A stretch of 64,000 bases of DNA from Planctomycetota bacterium (GCA_965223265.1 OZ244999.1:6304001-6368000), one strand, 5' to 3'; shown: positions 1 through 12,494, numbered from the stretch's first letter. Made by a program: numbers and translations. The notes: generated by a model from the sequence alone, not told the origin.

Positions 1-103
1 TCAGCTTCGCTCCTGCAAAAATCGAAGCTGCGGGAACACCCACCAAGCCCTCCCCCCTTCTCCTCAATGGCGTCTGCTCAGCCGCGCTCTTCTCCGTCGA
101 GTC

Positions 104-856
104 TCAACGACGCCGGCGACGAAGCTCGACGACAAGCTCGGCAATACCGTCACGCGTCAGAGCACTCGTCTCGACCACCGTCGGGGAACCACCATCGTCT
201 CGCGTCAGGCTTCGGCGGAGCTCGTCAGCCCAGGCACTCGCCTCTGGACGATCGCCCTGGTGTGCAACGTAGATATCCGCCGCCTCCATGTAACCAGCTT
301 TCAACATTTGATAGCCGTCACCGGTCGACGGTGCAAGCACTAGGACGCGAGTGTCGGCCTCTCGGAACACGTTCACTTCGGTTTGGCCCACGCCGACGCT
401 CTCAAAAAAAGTCCAATCATAGCCGGCAGCTCCGAAAACGCGGGCGGCGTCCATAAGATGCGCGGGGGTCGCTCCAGGCGGAGCTCGGTGCCCCCAACTG
501 CGCAGAAACAGGCCGCGGTCACTGGCCAGATCAGCGAAGCGCAGTCGATCCCCGAGAAAGGCGCCGCCACTCGATTCGCTCACCGGATCGACGGCGACGA
601 TACCCACCCGCTCGCCGCTGGCTCGCAGCTCCCTTGCAAGTTCACGCAGGAGCGAGCTCTTGCCCACCCCTGGCGGCCCAAAGACGCCGACGGCAGCGCT
701 GCTCGCGGTCTCGGTCAGGTCGTCGAGCAATGACGCAGCGGCCGGATCATTGGACGCCAGCAACGTCAGTGCCCGCGCCACGGCTGAAGCATCCCCCCGC
801 CTCACAGCGGCGGAACTAACCACTGCGTCGGTAGCGCCACGGTTCACAGGGGTCAT
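104..856 (-). CDS. meaB: MeaB/ArgK-family P-loop GTPase (short form)
   Basis: Walker A GPPGVGKS, plus AVDPxSxxSGGAFLGDRLR and ESVGVGQ MeaB motifs. ATG at 856 overlaps the spoVR stop (ATGA). The upstream part of the 364-aa ORF overlaps spoVR and is not counted. Confidence 0.85.
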   Translation of the reverse strand: MTPVNRGATDAVVSSAAVRRGDASAVARALTLLASNDPAAASLLDDLTETASSAAVGVFGPPGVGKSSLLRELARELRASGERVGIVAVDPVSESSGGAFLGDRLRFADLASDRGLFLRSWGHRAPPGATPAHLMDAARVFGAAGYDWTFFESVGVGQTEVNVFREADTRVLVLAPSTGDGYQMLKAGYMEAADIYVAHQGDRPEASAWADELRRSLTRDDGGSPTVVETSALTRDGIAELVVELRRRRR

Positions 857-2343
857 TTGATGACCTTGTCGGCGTGCCGCGTGCCGTTGTAACTGAGGAG
901 CTTCCGGCGTTTTTCGTGGATCGTCTCGAGGTGTACAGGGCGCTGCCACAGACGAAATAGATTCTCCAGGCAGGCGCGCGCGTGGTCGAGTCGAAGCGGC
1001 ATGCCCTCGGCGCGGTGGCGGAGCAGGAGCTCGCCGCGATTCTCGTAGTTTCCGTCTTCGACGTAGATGTACGGCTGGCCGAAGTTCGACAAACTGAAAA
1101 GGAGTTTTTCCTTCACGGCGCGAAAGTCGCGGCTCGAGATGACATAGTTCTGACTCTGCTTGTTGTACTCGTACGTGAAGAGCTGATGGCGCTCGCAAAA
1201 CTCTGGCGTGAGGAACTCATCTATGAACGTCACGTCGTTGTAGATGCGACGCACCTCGAAGATCTTCTCCCGCCCCAGACCGAGGTTCCGATCCCATGTG
1301 TATTTTTCGGCAGCGCTATCGCAGTTGTCCCAATCGGGTCCGAATCGTCCCTTGTCCCAACGCGACTCGATGTCGCGAAACAGCTCAATCCCGATCTTGT
1401 ACGGATTCAACACGCCAGGACGCGTCCCCATCGTCGCGGCATGATGATCGGCGTAGTCGATGATCTCGGCTGCGGAAGCGGCTTTTTCGGTCATGATCTT
1501 CGAGTGCCAATAGCTCGCCCAGCCTTCGTTCATGATCTTCGTCATGCCCTGCGGAGCGAAGTAGTAGGCTTCTTCGCGGACGATGGCCAAGACGTCGCGT
1601 TGCCAGCGGGCAAGTTTTCCGTGCTCCATGATAAAGAGCAGGACGTCTTTTTCCGGCTGTGTCGGAAACTTCTGCATCTCGTCGAGCTCACTCTGCAGTC
1701 GCTCTCGTTCTTGCTGCAGGTAGTCCGGTGGATTGATATAGCTATCCATGTAGGACTTCGCCTTGAGGCGCGTCGGCTGCACGTGTTCGCGCGCCTTCTC
1801 CTGTTCCTCTTCTGAGGCACGCCGCCGCTTGCTCACGAAAGGCGAATGGCAGTCGATCAGGTTCTCCAGGGAGAGACAACAATCGAGGAAGTCCTCGACG
1901 GTCTCATAGCCAAAACGCTCGGCGTAGCGGCGAATGCGTACACCGTGATTGGCGATCTCGTCCATCATCTTGCGGTTCGTTCTCGAGAACCACATATTGT
2001 TCTTGAAGAAATCCGAGTGGCCGTAGACATGAGCCATCACGAGCTTCTGGTCGACCCAATGATTGCACTTCATGAGGTAGGCATAGCATGGGTCATTGTT
2101 GATCACGAGCTCGTAGATCTTTCCCAACCCGTACGCGTAGGTCTTGCTGAGCTGCCGGAAGTCCATTCCGAAGCGCCAATGGGGGTAGCGAGTGGGAAAT
2201 CCACCGTAGGCGGCGATCATGTTGAGCTCGTCGTAGTCGAGCAGCTCGAAGATGACTTCGAAGAAGTCGAGCCCGAAATCGACGGCGTAGCCGCGCACTT
2301 CGGTAACGAGATCTCGCAGCTCAGGCGTCAGGCTGGTGCTCAT
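853..2343 (-). CDS. spoVR: SpoVR/YcgB family protein
   Basis: [40 protein letters not shown] and [13 protein letters not shown] family motifs; follows prkA-yhbH. Confidence 0.95.
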   Translation of the reverse strand: MSTSLTPELRDLVTEVRGYAVDFGLDFFEVIFELLDYDELNMIAAYGGFPTRYPHWRFGMDFRQLSKTYAYGLGKIYELVINNDPCYAYLMKCNHWVDQKLVMAHVYGHSDFFKNNMWFSRTNRKMMDEIANHGVRIRRYAERFGYETVEDFLDCCLSLENLIDCHSPFVSKRRRASEEEQEKAREHVQPTRLKAKSYMDSYINPPDYLQQERERLQSELDEMQKFPTQPEKDVLLFIMEHGKLARWQRDVLAIVREEAYYFAPQGMTKIMNEGWASYWHSKIMTEKAASAAEIIDYADHHAATMGTRPGVLNPYKIGIELFRDIESRWDKGRFGPDWDNCDSAAEKYTWDRNLGLGREKIFEVRRIYNDVTFIDEFLTPEFCERHQLFTYEYNKQSQNYVISSRDFRAVKEKLLFSLSNFGQPYIYVEDGNYENRGELLLRHRAEGMPLRLDHARACLENLFRLWQRPVHLETIHEKRRKLLSYNGTRHADKVIK

Positions 2344-3443
2344 TTGCCCTTCCCAAGAAAAACTTTGATCGACTTGTAGATCTCCTCGCGGCTGTTGATC
2401 TCAGAAAGAATCATGCGGTCGTCGTCGGGAAACGCCTCTTTGAGATCTTTGATGAACTGCCCGCTACCGTAGGCGCTCTTCACCTGGCCGTAGCAAAACA
2501 CGTTTGCCGCCGGCATGATTTTCTCGTTCAGCAGCTGCATGCAGAGCGCGGTATCTTCGCCGCCCCAGTTGTCACCGTCGGAGAAGTGAAACGGGTAGAC
2601 GTTCCAAGCTCCGAGGTCGTAGTCTTTTTCGATGATCTCGTCACACAACCGATAGGCAGACGAGATGCGGGTACCGCCGGATTCACGAATATGGAAGAAC
2701 GTGTGGCGGTCGACTTCGCGAGCGACCGCGTCGTGGATGATGTAGCGAGTCTCGATGTCGCGATATTGCGACCGCAGCCATGTGTCGATCCAAAAGCTCT
2801 CGATCCGGACCATCTCCTTCTGCTCGTTCCCCATGGAGCCGGAGACGTCCATCATGTAGAGAATGACAGCGTTCGACTGCGGCACACCTTTACGGCGCCA
2901 GCCACGGTAACGCCGGTCTTCGCGGATCGGGATGATGACAGGATTCTCAGGGTTGTAGAGGCCCGCGGCAATCTGCCGCTTCAGGGCCTCCTTGTAGGTG
3001 CGTTTGAAGTGCCTGAGGGCCTCGGGGCCGACGCGGTGAATCCCTGTGTATCGATCCGCCTCGGTTTCGATCATGCGTTGACCACGCGGCTCGATGCGCG
3101 GCAACTCAAGTTCTTCGCCGAGAATCTCCGCGAGCTCGTCGAGACTGACTTCGACCTCGAGGACGTGCTCGCCTGGCGAATCTCCCGCCTGTCCTCCCCC
3201 CTCCTCGCCCGGCTGGTTGAGGGGAGTCCCTTCCTCGCCTTCACCCTGTCCGACGCCGCCGGTCTGCTCTTCGCCATAGCGGAACTTCGGCAGCTCGATC
3301 TGAGGTAGTGGAATCGATACGAACTGATCGCCTTCCTTGGCGATGATCTCACCGCGCGTGATGTACTTCTTCAGGTTCTCTTTGACCTTGCCGCGAACGA
3401 TCTGTTTGAAACGTCGAACCTCCGGCTCGATTCGCTGAACCAC
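2340..3443 (-). CDS. yhbH: YhbH/YeaH (DUF444) VWA-like protein
   Basis: GVGQGEG linker, MMDVSGSM (MIDAS-like), [11 protein letters not shown] and [12 protein letters not shown] at 3443 follows GAGGT. Stop overlaps the spoVR start. Confidence 0.92.
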   Translation of the reverse strand: MVQRIEPEVRRFKQIVRGKVKENLKKYITRGEIIAKEGDQFVSIPLPQIELPKFRYGEEQTGGVGQGEGEEGTPLNQPGEEGGGQAGDSPGEHVLEVEVSLDELAEILGEELELPRIEPRGQRMIETEADRYTGIHRVGPEALRHFKRTYKEALKRQIAAGLYNPENPVIIPIREDRRYRGWRRKGVPQSNAVILYMMDVSGSMGNEQKEMVRIESFWIDTWLRSQYRDIETRYIIHDAVAREVDRHTFFHIRESGGTRISSAYRLCDEIIEKDYDLGAWNVYPFHFSDGDNWGGEDTALCMQLLNEKIMPAANVFCYGQVKSAYGSGQFIKDLKEAFPDDDRMILSEINSREEIYKSIKVFLGKGK

Positions 3444-3529
3444 GGAGCACCTCACTAGCAGCAATTCTTCGGCCTTCGCCCGATGATCCCGTTCGCCACG
3501 AAAGGGCGATCGGCCTCACGCGGCCCGGA

Positions 3530-5578
<2,049 letters not shown>

Positions 5579-5630
5579 GGGGTACCTCCTGGTACGACTC
5601 TTATCGAACCGCCGCTAACCGGAACTTGAC

Positions 5631-5858
5631 CTCGAGTTTGGCCATTTCGCGCCGGCCTGGCCGGACGAGTTTCGCGGCAATTCAAAGGCCCTCCTTGTGC
5701 ATGTTCAAAAACTCCTGTCCGGCCCTTCGGGGAACGCCAGGAGCGCCGATGCCCGCGCCCGTCCTCCGCCACGACCCGAGCGGGATCGCGCCCGAGTCGT
5801 TCCTTGGCCTCGACGCTCCTGGCGCTGGCAGGCTCGACGCGAAATGGCCAAACTCGAG
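5631..5858. mobile_element. 228-bp MITE (family A) with 21-bp terminal inverted repeats and a 5-bp target-site duplication
   Basis: CTCGAGTTTGGCCATTTCGCG (5631-5651) is the exact reverse complement of 5838-5858. TTGAC flanks both ends (5626-5630 and 5859-5863). No transposase inside. Confidence 0.85.
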
Positions 5859-5862
5859 TTGA

Positions 5863-6039
5863 CAGCCTGTTGAAAAAGTGCCGAGAGCCGAGGATTTGTC
5901 TCTTCGCGTCCAGATCCGCCCGCGGTCAACACAGGTCATCTCCGAGTCCTCTTCCATGTGATAGGCGGTGAGTGTTGACACGGTCGAACTGGGCGTGCAG
6001 GGGCCAGTTTCCGGCCAAATGACTGATTTCGGCGGGCTG
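5863..6039. mobile_element. MITE/hairpin repeat family B, copy 1 (diverged)
   Basis: Starts CAGCCTGTTGAAAAAGTG and ends GACTGATTTCGGCGGGCTG. Collinear with 18336-18495 apart from an insert of about 20 nt. Flanks are TTGA and TCGA. Confidence 0.75.
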
Positions 6040-6372
6040 TCGACTGGCGCCCGGATTGTTCACGAGAGCCAGGGTGAGGTGCCGCAAGTACCCGCGCGCA
6101 CAAGAGAAACGTCCTCGCCGAAACCGACGACGGACTTCGAAGGGCCGCTCAAGCGAGCCGGAGAAGCGGACGTGGAAGGCAGCTTCCGCCACGCGCACGA
6201 GGCGCGTAGAGTCATTATACCGCCTACCGCCGCTCAGAGTGGCCGAAGCGGTGTCGCGGCCGCACTTTGGGCGTGGGTGGAAGCGTGGAGTTCCTTCAAG
6301 CCCCCCATCGGCGGCCTCCCCAGCCAAGGGAGCTGAGGCCGACCTGGCCTCGGCACGGCACCCGGCGCCTCC

Positions 6373-6418
6373 AAAAAGAAAACCCGCCGGCGAGCTCACT
6401 GTTGAGCTCACAGGCGGG
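6373..6418 (-). terminator. Rho-independent terminator of dnaK
   Basis: Minus strand reads CCCGCCTGTGAGCTCA-ACAG-TGAGCTCGCCGGCGGG then TTTTCTTTTT, about 30 nt after the dnaK stop. Confidence 0.8.
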
Positions 6419-6447
6419 CCATCAATTCCGAAGCTTGTGAACAGACG

Positions 6448-8397
6448 TCAGTTCTTCACTTCGTAATCAGCGTCGATGACGTTTTCGTCACCCTTAGTAT
6501 CGCCCTCGCCTTGGGACGGAGGCGGCGTGGAAGCGCCGCCGCCACTCGAAGCGCCCGTTGCGCCCGTTGCGCCAGTCGCCGCACCCGAAGCCGCGGCCTT
6601 CTCGTAGATCGCCTTTCCGACCTCCTGCGAGAGCTGCTGGACTTCTTCCTGGGCTTTCTTCATACCGTCGATGTCATCTTTGTCTCGCGCCGACTTCAGT
6701 CGGTCCAGGACCGCATTGAGGCGAGTCTTGTCGTTGTCGGAGACCGCGTCGGCGTTCTCGCTCAGAAGCTTTTCAGTCGTGTAAATAAGCTGCTCAGAAC
6801 CATTCTTGAGCTCGATGAGCTCTCGCTGTTTGCGGTCCTCGTCAGCGTGCGACTCAGCCTCCTTGCGCATGCGTTCGACCTCGTCCTTGCTCAAGCCGCT
6901 CGACGACTCAATGCGAATCGAGCTCTCCTTGCCCGTGCCAAGGTCCTTCGCCGAGACGTTCAGGATGCCGTTAGCGTCGATATCAAACGACACCTCGATT
7001 TTCGGCACGCTGCGCGGCGCTGGTGGAATCCCGTCGAGCACGAAGTGCCCGAGGAGACGGTTGTCTTTCGCCATCTCACGCTCACCTTGCCAGATCTTGA
7101 TGTCGACAGCCGGCTGATTGTCAGACGCGGTGGTGAACACTTCGTTCTTGGTGGTCGGAATCGTCGTATTGCGCTCGATGAGGCGCGTCATGACGCCGCC
7201 ATATGTCTCGACACCAAGCGATAGCGGGGTCACGTCGAGGAGAAGCACATCGCGAAGGTTTTCGTCGCCCTGCAAAATGCCGCCTTGGATCGCAGCGCCA
7301 AGCGCGACCACTTCGTCTGGATTCACCGAGCGATCTGGCTCTTTGCGGAAGATCTCTTTGACGAGCTCCTGCACGTGCGGAATCCGTGTTGAACCACCGA
7401 CCAACACGACATCGTCGATCTGGTCCGCGGACAGCCCGGCGTCCTTCAGCGCCAACTCGCATGGCTCGCGACAGCGCTCGATGGTGCTTTCAACGAGCTG
7501 CTCGAAGCGTGCTCGCGTGATTTCCATCTGCAGATGCTTAGGTCCGGACTGATCAGCAGTGATAAAGGGCAACGAGATGTCAGTCGCCACCTTCGTTGAA
7601 AGCTCACACTTGGCCTTCTCAGCTGCCTCCTTGAGGCGCTGCAGCGCCATCTGATCGCTGCGAAGATCGATCCCCTGGTCTTTTTTGAACTCCTCGGCGA
7701 TGTAGTCGAGAAGGACTTCGTCGAAGTCGTCGCCTCCCAGCTGCGTGTCACCGTTCGTCGACAGGACTTTGAAGAAACCCTCGTCGACTTCGAGAATCGA
7801 GACGTCGAACGTGCCGCCACCAAGGTCGAAGACGGCAATCTTCGCTCCCGCCGTTTGCTCTTTGAGTCCGTATGCAAGCGCAGCCGCTGTCGGCTCATTG
7901 ATGATTCGCTCGACCGTCAGACCAGCGATCGTCCCGGCGTCCTTCGTTGCTTGGCGTTGGCCATCGTTAAAATACGCCGGCACGGTGATCACTGCGCGGG
8001 TCACCTTTTCACCGAGGTACGCCTCCGCAGTCTCTTTGAGACTCGTCAAGATCATGGCGGAGATCTCGGGCGGGGTGAACTGTTCGCCGTCAACCTCGAC
8101 CTTGACGAGCTCGTCGGGGCCGCCGATCAACTTGTACGGCACTCGCTTCTCGTCCGCTTCGACCTCGCTGTGCCGGCGCCCCATAAACCGTTTGATCGAA
8201 TAAACAGTCCGCTGCGGGTTGGTCACTGACTGACGCTTCGCCGTGACGCCGACGAGGCGTCCTTTTTCGGAAAACGCGACAACTGACGGAGTGACGCGGT
8301 GCCCATCAGCATTCGGCAACACCTGCGGTTCGGAACCCTCCATCACCGCCACCACCGAGTTCGTTGTTCCCAGGTCTATTCCGATGATTTTCGACAT
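6448..8397 (-). CDS. dnaK: Molecular chaperone DnaK (Hsp70)
   Basis: [27 protein letters not shown] and [13 protein letters not shown]; C-terminal DADYE; AGGAGG RBS. Confidence 0.98.
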   Translation of the reverse strand: MSKIIGIDLGTTNSVVAVMEGSEPQVLPNADGHRVTPSVVAFSEKGRLVGVTAKRQSVTNPQRTVYSIKRFMGRRHSEVEADEKRVPYKLIGGPDELVKVEVDGEQFTPPEISAMILTSLKETAEAYLGEKVTRAVITVPAYFNDGQRQATKDAGTIAGLTVERIINEPTAAALAYGLKEQTAGAKIAVFDLGGGTFDVSILEVDEGFFKVLSTNGDTQLGGDDFDEVLLDYIAEEFKKDQGIDLRSDQMALQRLKEAAEKAKCELSTKVATDISLPFITADQSGPKHLQMEITRARFEQLVESTIERCREPCELALKDAGLSADQIDDVVLVGGSTRIPHVQELVKEIFRKEPDRSVNPDEVVALGAAIQGGILQGDENLRDVLLLDVTPLSLGVETYGGVMTRLIERNTTIPTTKNEVFTTASDNQPAVDIKIWQGEREMAKDNRLLGHFVLDGIPPAPRSVPKIEVSFDIDANGILNVSAKDLGTGKESSIRIESSSGLSKDEVERMRKEAESHADEDRKQRELIELKNGSEQLIYTTEKLLSENADAVSDNDKTRLNAVLDRLKSARDKDDIDGMKKAQEEVQQLSQEVGKAIYEKAAASGAATGATGATGASSGGGASTPPPSQGEGDTKGDENVIDADYEVKN

Positions 8398-8576
8398 CCG
8401 GTTACCTCCTTCGAGCCTGCGTCGGCTCGACTCGTTTTCGTCAAGCTGAAGTGTTTCTGAGCAGAATCGTCTCGTGATCAGGCTTCGCGACGTCTGGCGA
8501 AAAACTTGAGCCCTTGTCGGAAGACAAGCTCATTCGCCTCGATCGCTATGGCGAAGTGATCACTACCTGAGGTATT

Positions 8577-8592
8577 TGCAAATCGCATACCA
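8577..8592 (-). promoter_or_regulatory. Sigma-54 (-24/-12) promoter of dnaK
   Basis: Minus strand TGGTATGCGATTTGCA has GG-N10-GC spacing and TTGCA, about 180 bp upstream of dnaK. Confidence 0.7.
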
Positions 8593-8668
8593 GCACCCGC
8601 CGAGCGACGTAAACCACCTTAGAAACGGGTGTTAAAAAGACTCTCGGCGTCCGTTGGCTGGGGTGCGA

Positions 8669-8723
8669 CTGCCACTATGACAGAGCGCCATACGCTCGCC
8701 ATAGGTGCCTGCCAGGGTGACAG
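8669..8723. promoter_or_regulatory. Tandem enhancer (UAS) sites CTGCCA-N3-TGACAG
   Basis: CTGCCActaTGACAG (8669-8683) and CTGCCAgggTGACAG (8709-8723), 40 bp apart and 77-131 bp upstream of the sigma-54 site. Confidence 0.65.
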
Positions 8724-8748
8724 CCGCCACTTCCCACCGACGTTGAGA

Positions 8749-10239
8749 TCACGACAGCCCGTAGAGCTTGATTTTGCGGTACAGGGTTCGCTCGCCGATC
8801 CCCAGCACTTTCGCGGCTTCGTGTCGATTGCCGCCGACCTGCTCGAGGGTCAAAGCGATCAGCTCCCTTTCGACATCCTTGAGCGATCGGCCGACCAAGC
8901 TCGATGTCGTGCCGCCCGTCGGTTTTTCGCTTCGGTGGATACTGGCCGGCAGGTTCTCGACGCCGAGCACCGGTCCACGCGCGATGACCACCATGTTCTC
9001 GATCGTATGCTTCAGCTCGCGCACGTTGCCCGGCCACCGGTAGGCCATCAAGATGCTCATGGCCTCACGGGTGATGCCGCTGACTGGCCTCTTGTAAATC
9101 CGCGCGAACTCCTCCAGAAAGTGATGCACCAAGAGCGTGATGTCCTGCACTCGTTCTCGAAGCGGCGGCAGGTGAATTGTCACCACTTTCAATCGGTAGT
9201 AGAGGTCTTCGCGAAACGTGTTCTCACGAATGAGCTCCTCCAGGTCGCGATTGGTCGCCGAGATCAATCGAACGTCAACCTTGATCGGTGCGTTAGAACC
9301 GACGCGCGTGATCTCCCCGTCCTCAAGCACCCTGAGCAGCTTGACCTGAGTCTCCATAGGGATGTCGCCGACCTCGTCGAGAAACAGCGTGCCGTGGTTG
9401 GCGAACTCGAAGCGACCCTTTTTCTGAAACTGAGCGCCGGTAAAAGCCCCCTTCTCGTGGCCAAACAGTTCGCTTTCAACGAGCTGGGGAGAGAGCGCAG
9501 CACAGTTCAGCGGCACAAGCGCACGCTTCTTTCTTCGACTGTTTTCGTGAATGGCACGTGCAATGAGCTCCTTCCCCGTTCCGTTCTCGCCGGTGATCAG
9601 GACGGAAACGTCAGTCTCCGCGACCTGCTTCATGAGCTCGATGATGGCACGCATCGGTTCGCTGTTGCCAATGATGCCGGAGAATCCGAACCTGCTGTCA
9701 AGCCGCTGCTCCAGGTCGCGGTTGACGCGCAGAAGTTCCTGTCGCTCGAGGGCCTTCTCAACCCGGATGCGCAGCCCGTCAATGTTCAATGGCTTGATCA
9801 AGTAATCGCTGGCGCCGCGCTTGAGCGCTTCGACGGCGTTCTCAATGGTGCCGTGGCCAGTGAACACGATCACACCAACGAACGGGTTGATCTGCTGAGC
9901 CTGACGCAGGACGTCCATGCCGTTGAAGTCGCCCAAGACAAGATCTGTGATGACGAGGTCGTACTGCCTGTCGCGCAGCTTCTGAAGAGCATCGTCACCC
10001 CGCAAGGAGACCTCACACTCGTAGCCGACCGCCCGCAGAACATCGGCGGTGCTCTCTGCGTGGTTTCGGTCGTCGTCGACAACCAAGATCGTCTTCGTTT
10101 CCGAGGCTTTCGTCCCACCAGCCTCCGATTCGGCCTCGGAGTTCGCACCTGCGGCGGCGGACTCATGAGAGTCGTCGACAGTGGCGTCGGGATCTGTGGT
10201 GTCAACGTCGGCTGGAGATGAGCGGGTTGGTTGAATCAT
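8749..10239 (-). CDS. NtrC/AtoC-family sigma-54 response regulator (REC-AAA+-HTH)
   Basis: REC domain (ILVVDDD, DLVITDL), GENGTGKE, ESELFGHEKGAFTGA, FLDEVGD, WPGNVREL and a C-terminal Fis-type HTH. Exact start uncertain. Confidence 0.93.
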   Translation of the reverse strand: MIQPTRSSPADVDTTDPDATVDDSHESAAAGANSEAESEAGGTKASETKTILVVDDDRNHAESTADVLRAVGYECEVSLRGDDALQKLRDRQYDLVITDLVLGDFNGMDVLRQAQQINPFVGVIVFTGHGTIENAVEALKRGASDYLIKPLNIDGLRIRVEKALERQELLRVNRDLEQRLDSRFGFSGIIGNSEPMRAIIELMKQVAETDVSVLITGENGTGKELIARAIHENSRRKKRALVPLNCAALSPQLVESELFGHEKGAFTGAQFQKKGRFEFANHGTLFLDEVGDIPMETQVKLLRVLEDGEITRVGSNAPIKVDVRLISATNRDLEELIRENTFREDLYYRLKVVTIHLPPLRERVQDITLLVHHFLEEFARIYKRPVSGITREAMSILMAYRWPGNVRELKHTIENMVVIARGPVLGVENLPASIHRSEKPTGGTTSSLVGRSLKDVERELIALTLEQVGGNRHEAAKVLGIGERTLYRKIKLYGLS

Positions 10240-10311
10240 CGATCACATCGCGCTCGAAGCGCAGCCTCACGAAAGATGCTTTCGCGGCGGTAGAATATGA
10301 ATAGTAACACC

Positions 10312-11037
10312 TCAGCCAGCGCTCTCCGCCGCGCGGTCGGTCAGCGGAAGAAAAACACTGAACAGACTGCCCTTTCCTTCTTCGCTCTGGACGTCGATGG
10401 TGCCGCCGTGCTCTTCTGTGATGCGCTGGCACGTTGCCAGCCCCAATCCGGTCCCCTCTTTACGGGTCGAAAAGTACAACTTAAAGATGTTCTCACGGAT
10501 GTGTGAACTCATGCCACTTCCGGTGTCGACGACGTCGCCAACAATCCAGCTCGACCCGTCCCGCTCGACGAGACGCGTCCTCAGAATCAACTCGCCACCA
10601 CCGGGCTCCATCGCATGAAGGGCATTCAGAATCAAGTTGAGAAAAACTTGGCGCATCAGGTCAGGGTCGAAATGAGTCAGCGGCAACTCCGCATCGAGCC
10701 CGAGACGCGTCTCAACCGCACCCCGCCGCGCCTCGGGACCGATGAATTCCTCGAGCTCAGTCAACAAATCATTCAGCGAGCCAAGGCTCAGGTGCAGCTC
10801 ATGGCGCTCCGTGAAACGAAGAAACGACTGCACGACCCGCTCGAGACGCTCGACCTCGGCGGCCATGATCTTCAGACGTCTGACGGTGCGCAGCTCACGC
10901 GGCGATTCCGCGTCGTGCCACTCTTCCAAGAGCAACTGGGCGTTGATGCTGAGAGTGCTCAACGGGTTCTTGATTTCGTGGACGAGACTCCCCGCCATGG
11001 CAGCCACGTCAACCTGCCAGTCCTTCGCGCGCGACAC
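10312..11037 (-). CDS. Histidine kinase core (HisKA + HATPase) without a sensor domain
   Basis: HEIKNPL H-box at about residue 20, NLILNA, DTGSGM, YFSTRKEGTGLGL. GGAGG RBS before the GTG. Confidence 0.9.
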   Translation of the reverse strand: MSRAKDWQVDVAAMAGSLVHEIKNPLSTLSINAQLLLEEWHDAESPRELRTVRRLKIMAAEVERLERVVQSFLRFTERHELHLSLGSLNDLLTELEEFIGPEARRGAVETRLGLDAELPLTHFDPDLMRQVFLNLILNALHAMEPGGGELILRTRLVERDGSSWIVGDVVDTGSGMSSHIRENIFKLYFSTRKEGTGLGLATCQRITEEHGGTIDVQSEEGKGSLFSVFLPLTDRAAESAG

Positions 11038-11116
11038 CGTCAGATCCTCCCCACAGGACTAAGATCCTGGCCCGGGCTGAGACCCTCGGGGCCGAGGTTC
11101 CTCGTCCGGGTTGGAC

Positions 11117-11190
11117 CAGCCAAAATGGCACTGAGACGAGATTATACGGAGTTCATTGCGCACCTCCAGGCCAATCCGCCAATTTGGCAG
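11117..11190. promoter_or_regulatory. Putative sigma-70 promoter of the kinase gene, flanked by two GCCA-N3-TGGCA sites
   Basis: Minus strand CTGGAG-N17-TATAAT (-10 at 11141-11146). CAGCCAaaaTGGCAC at 11117-11131 and CCGCCAattTGGCAG at 11176-11190 resemble the dnaK UAS. Confidence 0.5.
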
Positions 11191-11201
11191 AAAGAGTTCG
11201 C

Positions 11202-12179
11202 ATGAGGGCGAGTGTCGTCTTCGCACGGGTGGGCCTACTCGTTCTCTTGCTCGGCCGGCTGGTGGCCGCCGTCGATGCAGCGCCGACGCTGCAGCCGGAG
11301 GGATACCGTACCGCGGCGAGTGAGGTCGGACCCGTGTACGCTCTGGGCTGGTCTCAAGGCGAGATCGACGCCATCGCGACTGGACTCCCCGCTGTTGTCC
11401 GCAGCGTGGAGACGCGCCTTGGGCAGCGGCTCCAACGACAGATCACGACGGTCCTGACTCCGAACAGGACGGAGTTCCGACGCCTTCTAGCCCAACTGAG
11501 ACCCAACGCTGAGATCGCCGACTCCGTGCTCGGAGTCGCGCTCCCTCACGAAAACGTGCTACTCATGCGCGACGATCTCTCGGCGAGTTTCCGTGAAACT
11601 CTGCGTCACGAAATCGCCCACCTCGTGGTGCATAGCGGCCGCCCCGGACCGATCGCACGCTGGCTCGACGAAGGCCTCGCCATGTGGGCCTCAGGACACA
11701 TACCCACTCCAGCGGACGAAAGCTACCTCACTCTTCTAGCGCGCATGGGCGGCGTGCGGAAACTTGCAGATCTTGAAGAACGGTTCCCAAGGTCCCACGC
11801 CCTGACGCAGACGGCGTATCTTCAAAGCTACTTCGTCATCCTCTGCCTCGTCGAGAAGCACGGCGAAGCCACCATCCCGCAGCTGCTCGATGCCCTCCGC
11901 GATCAACCATTCGAAGCGGCCTTTGAACGCACAGTCGGCATCAGCATCCACGAGTTCGAAGCAGGATTCCGCACATGGATGTCCATGCGCTCCTCGCTCT
12001 TCTGGGCCGTCATCGGCGCCACAAACATTTGGCTCGTCGTGACGCTGCTCGCGCTCGTCGCGATCGCGCGGTCGGTCCTCAAGCGACGTCGAGGGCTGCG
12101 CCTGCTCGCGGAGATGGAACCGGAGGAGCCCGATCGCGGCGAGCGTGAGGGCGACCACGGCGAGAGCGCTTCGTCGTAG
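11202..12179 (+). CDS. Peptidase MA-like zinc metallohydrolase, exported, with C-terminal membrane anchor
   Basis: Signal peptide, HEIAH (HExxH), WLDEGLA and a C-terminal TM helix. ATG at 11202; alternative TTG at 11184. Confidence 0.85.
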   Translation: MRASVVFARVGLLVLLLGRLVAAVDAAPTLQPEGYRTAASEVGPVYALGWSQGEIDAIATGLPAVVRSVETRLGQRLQRQITTVLTPNRTEFRRLLAQLRPNAEIADSVLGVALPHENVLLMRDDLSASFRETLRHEIAHLVVHSGRPGPIARWLDEGLAMWASGHIPTPADESYLTLLARMGGVRKLADLEERFPRSHALTQTAYLQSYFVILCLVEKHGEATIPQLLDALRDQPFEAAFERTVGISIHEFEAGFRTWMSMRSSLFWAVIGATNIWLVVTLLALVAIARSVLKRRRGLRLLAEMEPEEPDRGEREGDHGESASS

Positions 12180-12212
12180 CTCGGAGCTTGGCCGCAAGGC
12201 GAGGCGGAGCCC

Positions 12213-12494
12213 ACGTTTGCGTTTGCGTTTGCGTTTGCGTTTGCGTTTGCGTTTGCGTTTGCGTTTGCGTTTGCGTTTGCGTTTGCGTGGGCGTTTGCGT
12301 GGGCGTTTGCGTGGGCGTTTGCGTTTGCGTTTGCGTTTGCGTTTGCGTTTGCGTTTGCGTTTGCGTGGGCGTGGGCGTGGGCGTGGGCGTGGGCGTGGGC
12401 GTGGGCGTGGGCGTGGGCGTGGGCGTGGGCGTGGGCGTGGGCGTGGGCGTGGGCGTGGGCGTGGGCGTGGGCGTGGGCGTGGGCGTGGGCGTGG
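12213..12494. repeat. Hexamer tandem array, about 47 units of GCGTTT/GCGTGG
   Basis: ACGTTT, (GCGTTT)11, five alternating units, (GCGTTT)8, (GCGTGG)22. Lies between convergent genes. Confidence 0.97.

Noticed and set aside
857-1198. N-terminal extension of the meaB ORF
   Set aside because: It overlaps spoVR in another frame; the ATG at 856 gives canonical ATGA coupling.
5954-5965. 12-mer CCATGTGATAGG shared with 32481-32492, near two family-B copies
   Set aside because: A single short match that cannot be told apart from chance without more copies.
8398-8748. CIRCE or sigma-32 elements upstream of dnaK
   Set aside because: No TTAGCACTC-N9-GAGTGCTAA and no convincing sigma-32 boxes seen.
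8629-10221. 530-aa plus-strand ORF, and other long antisense ORFs (e.g. 12731-13708, 41413-42363, 57036-58115)
   Set aside because: They are shadows of well-supported genes on the opposite strand in GC-rich DNA and have no recognisable motifs.
12213-12494. Possible CRISPR array
   Set aside because: The 6-bp units have no unique spacers, and there are no cas genes in the window.
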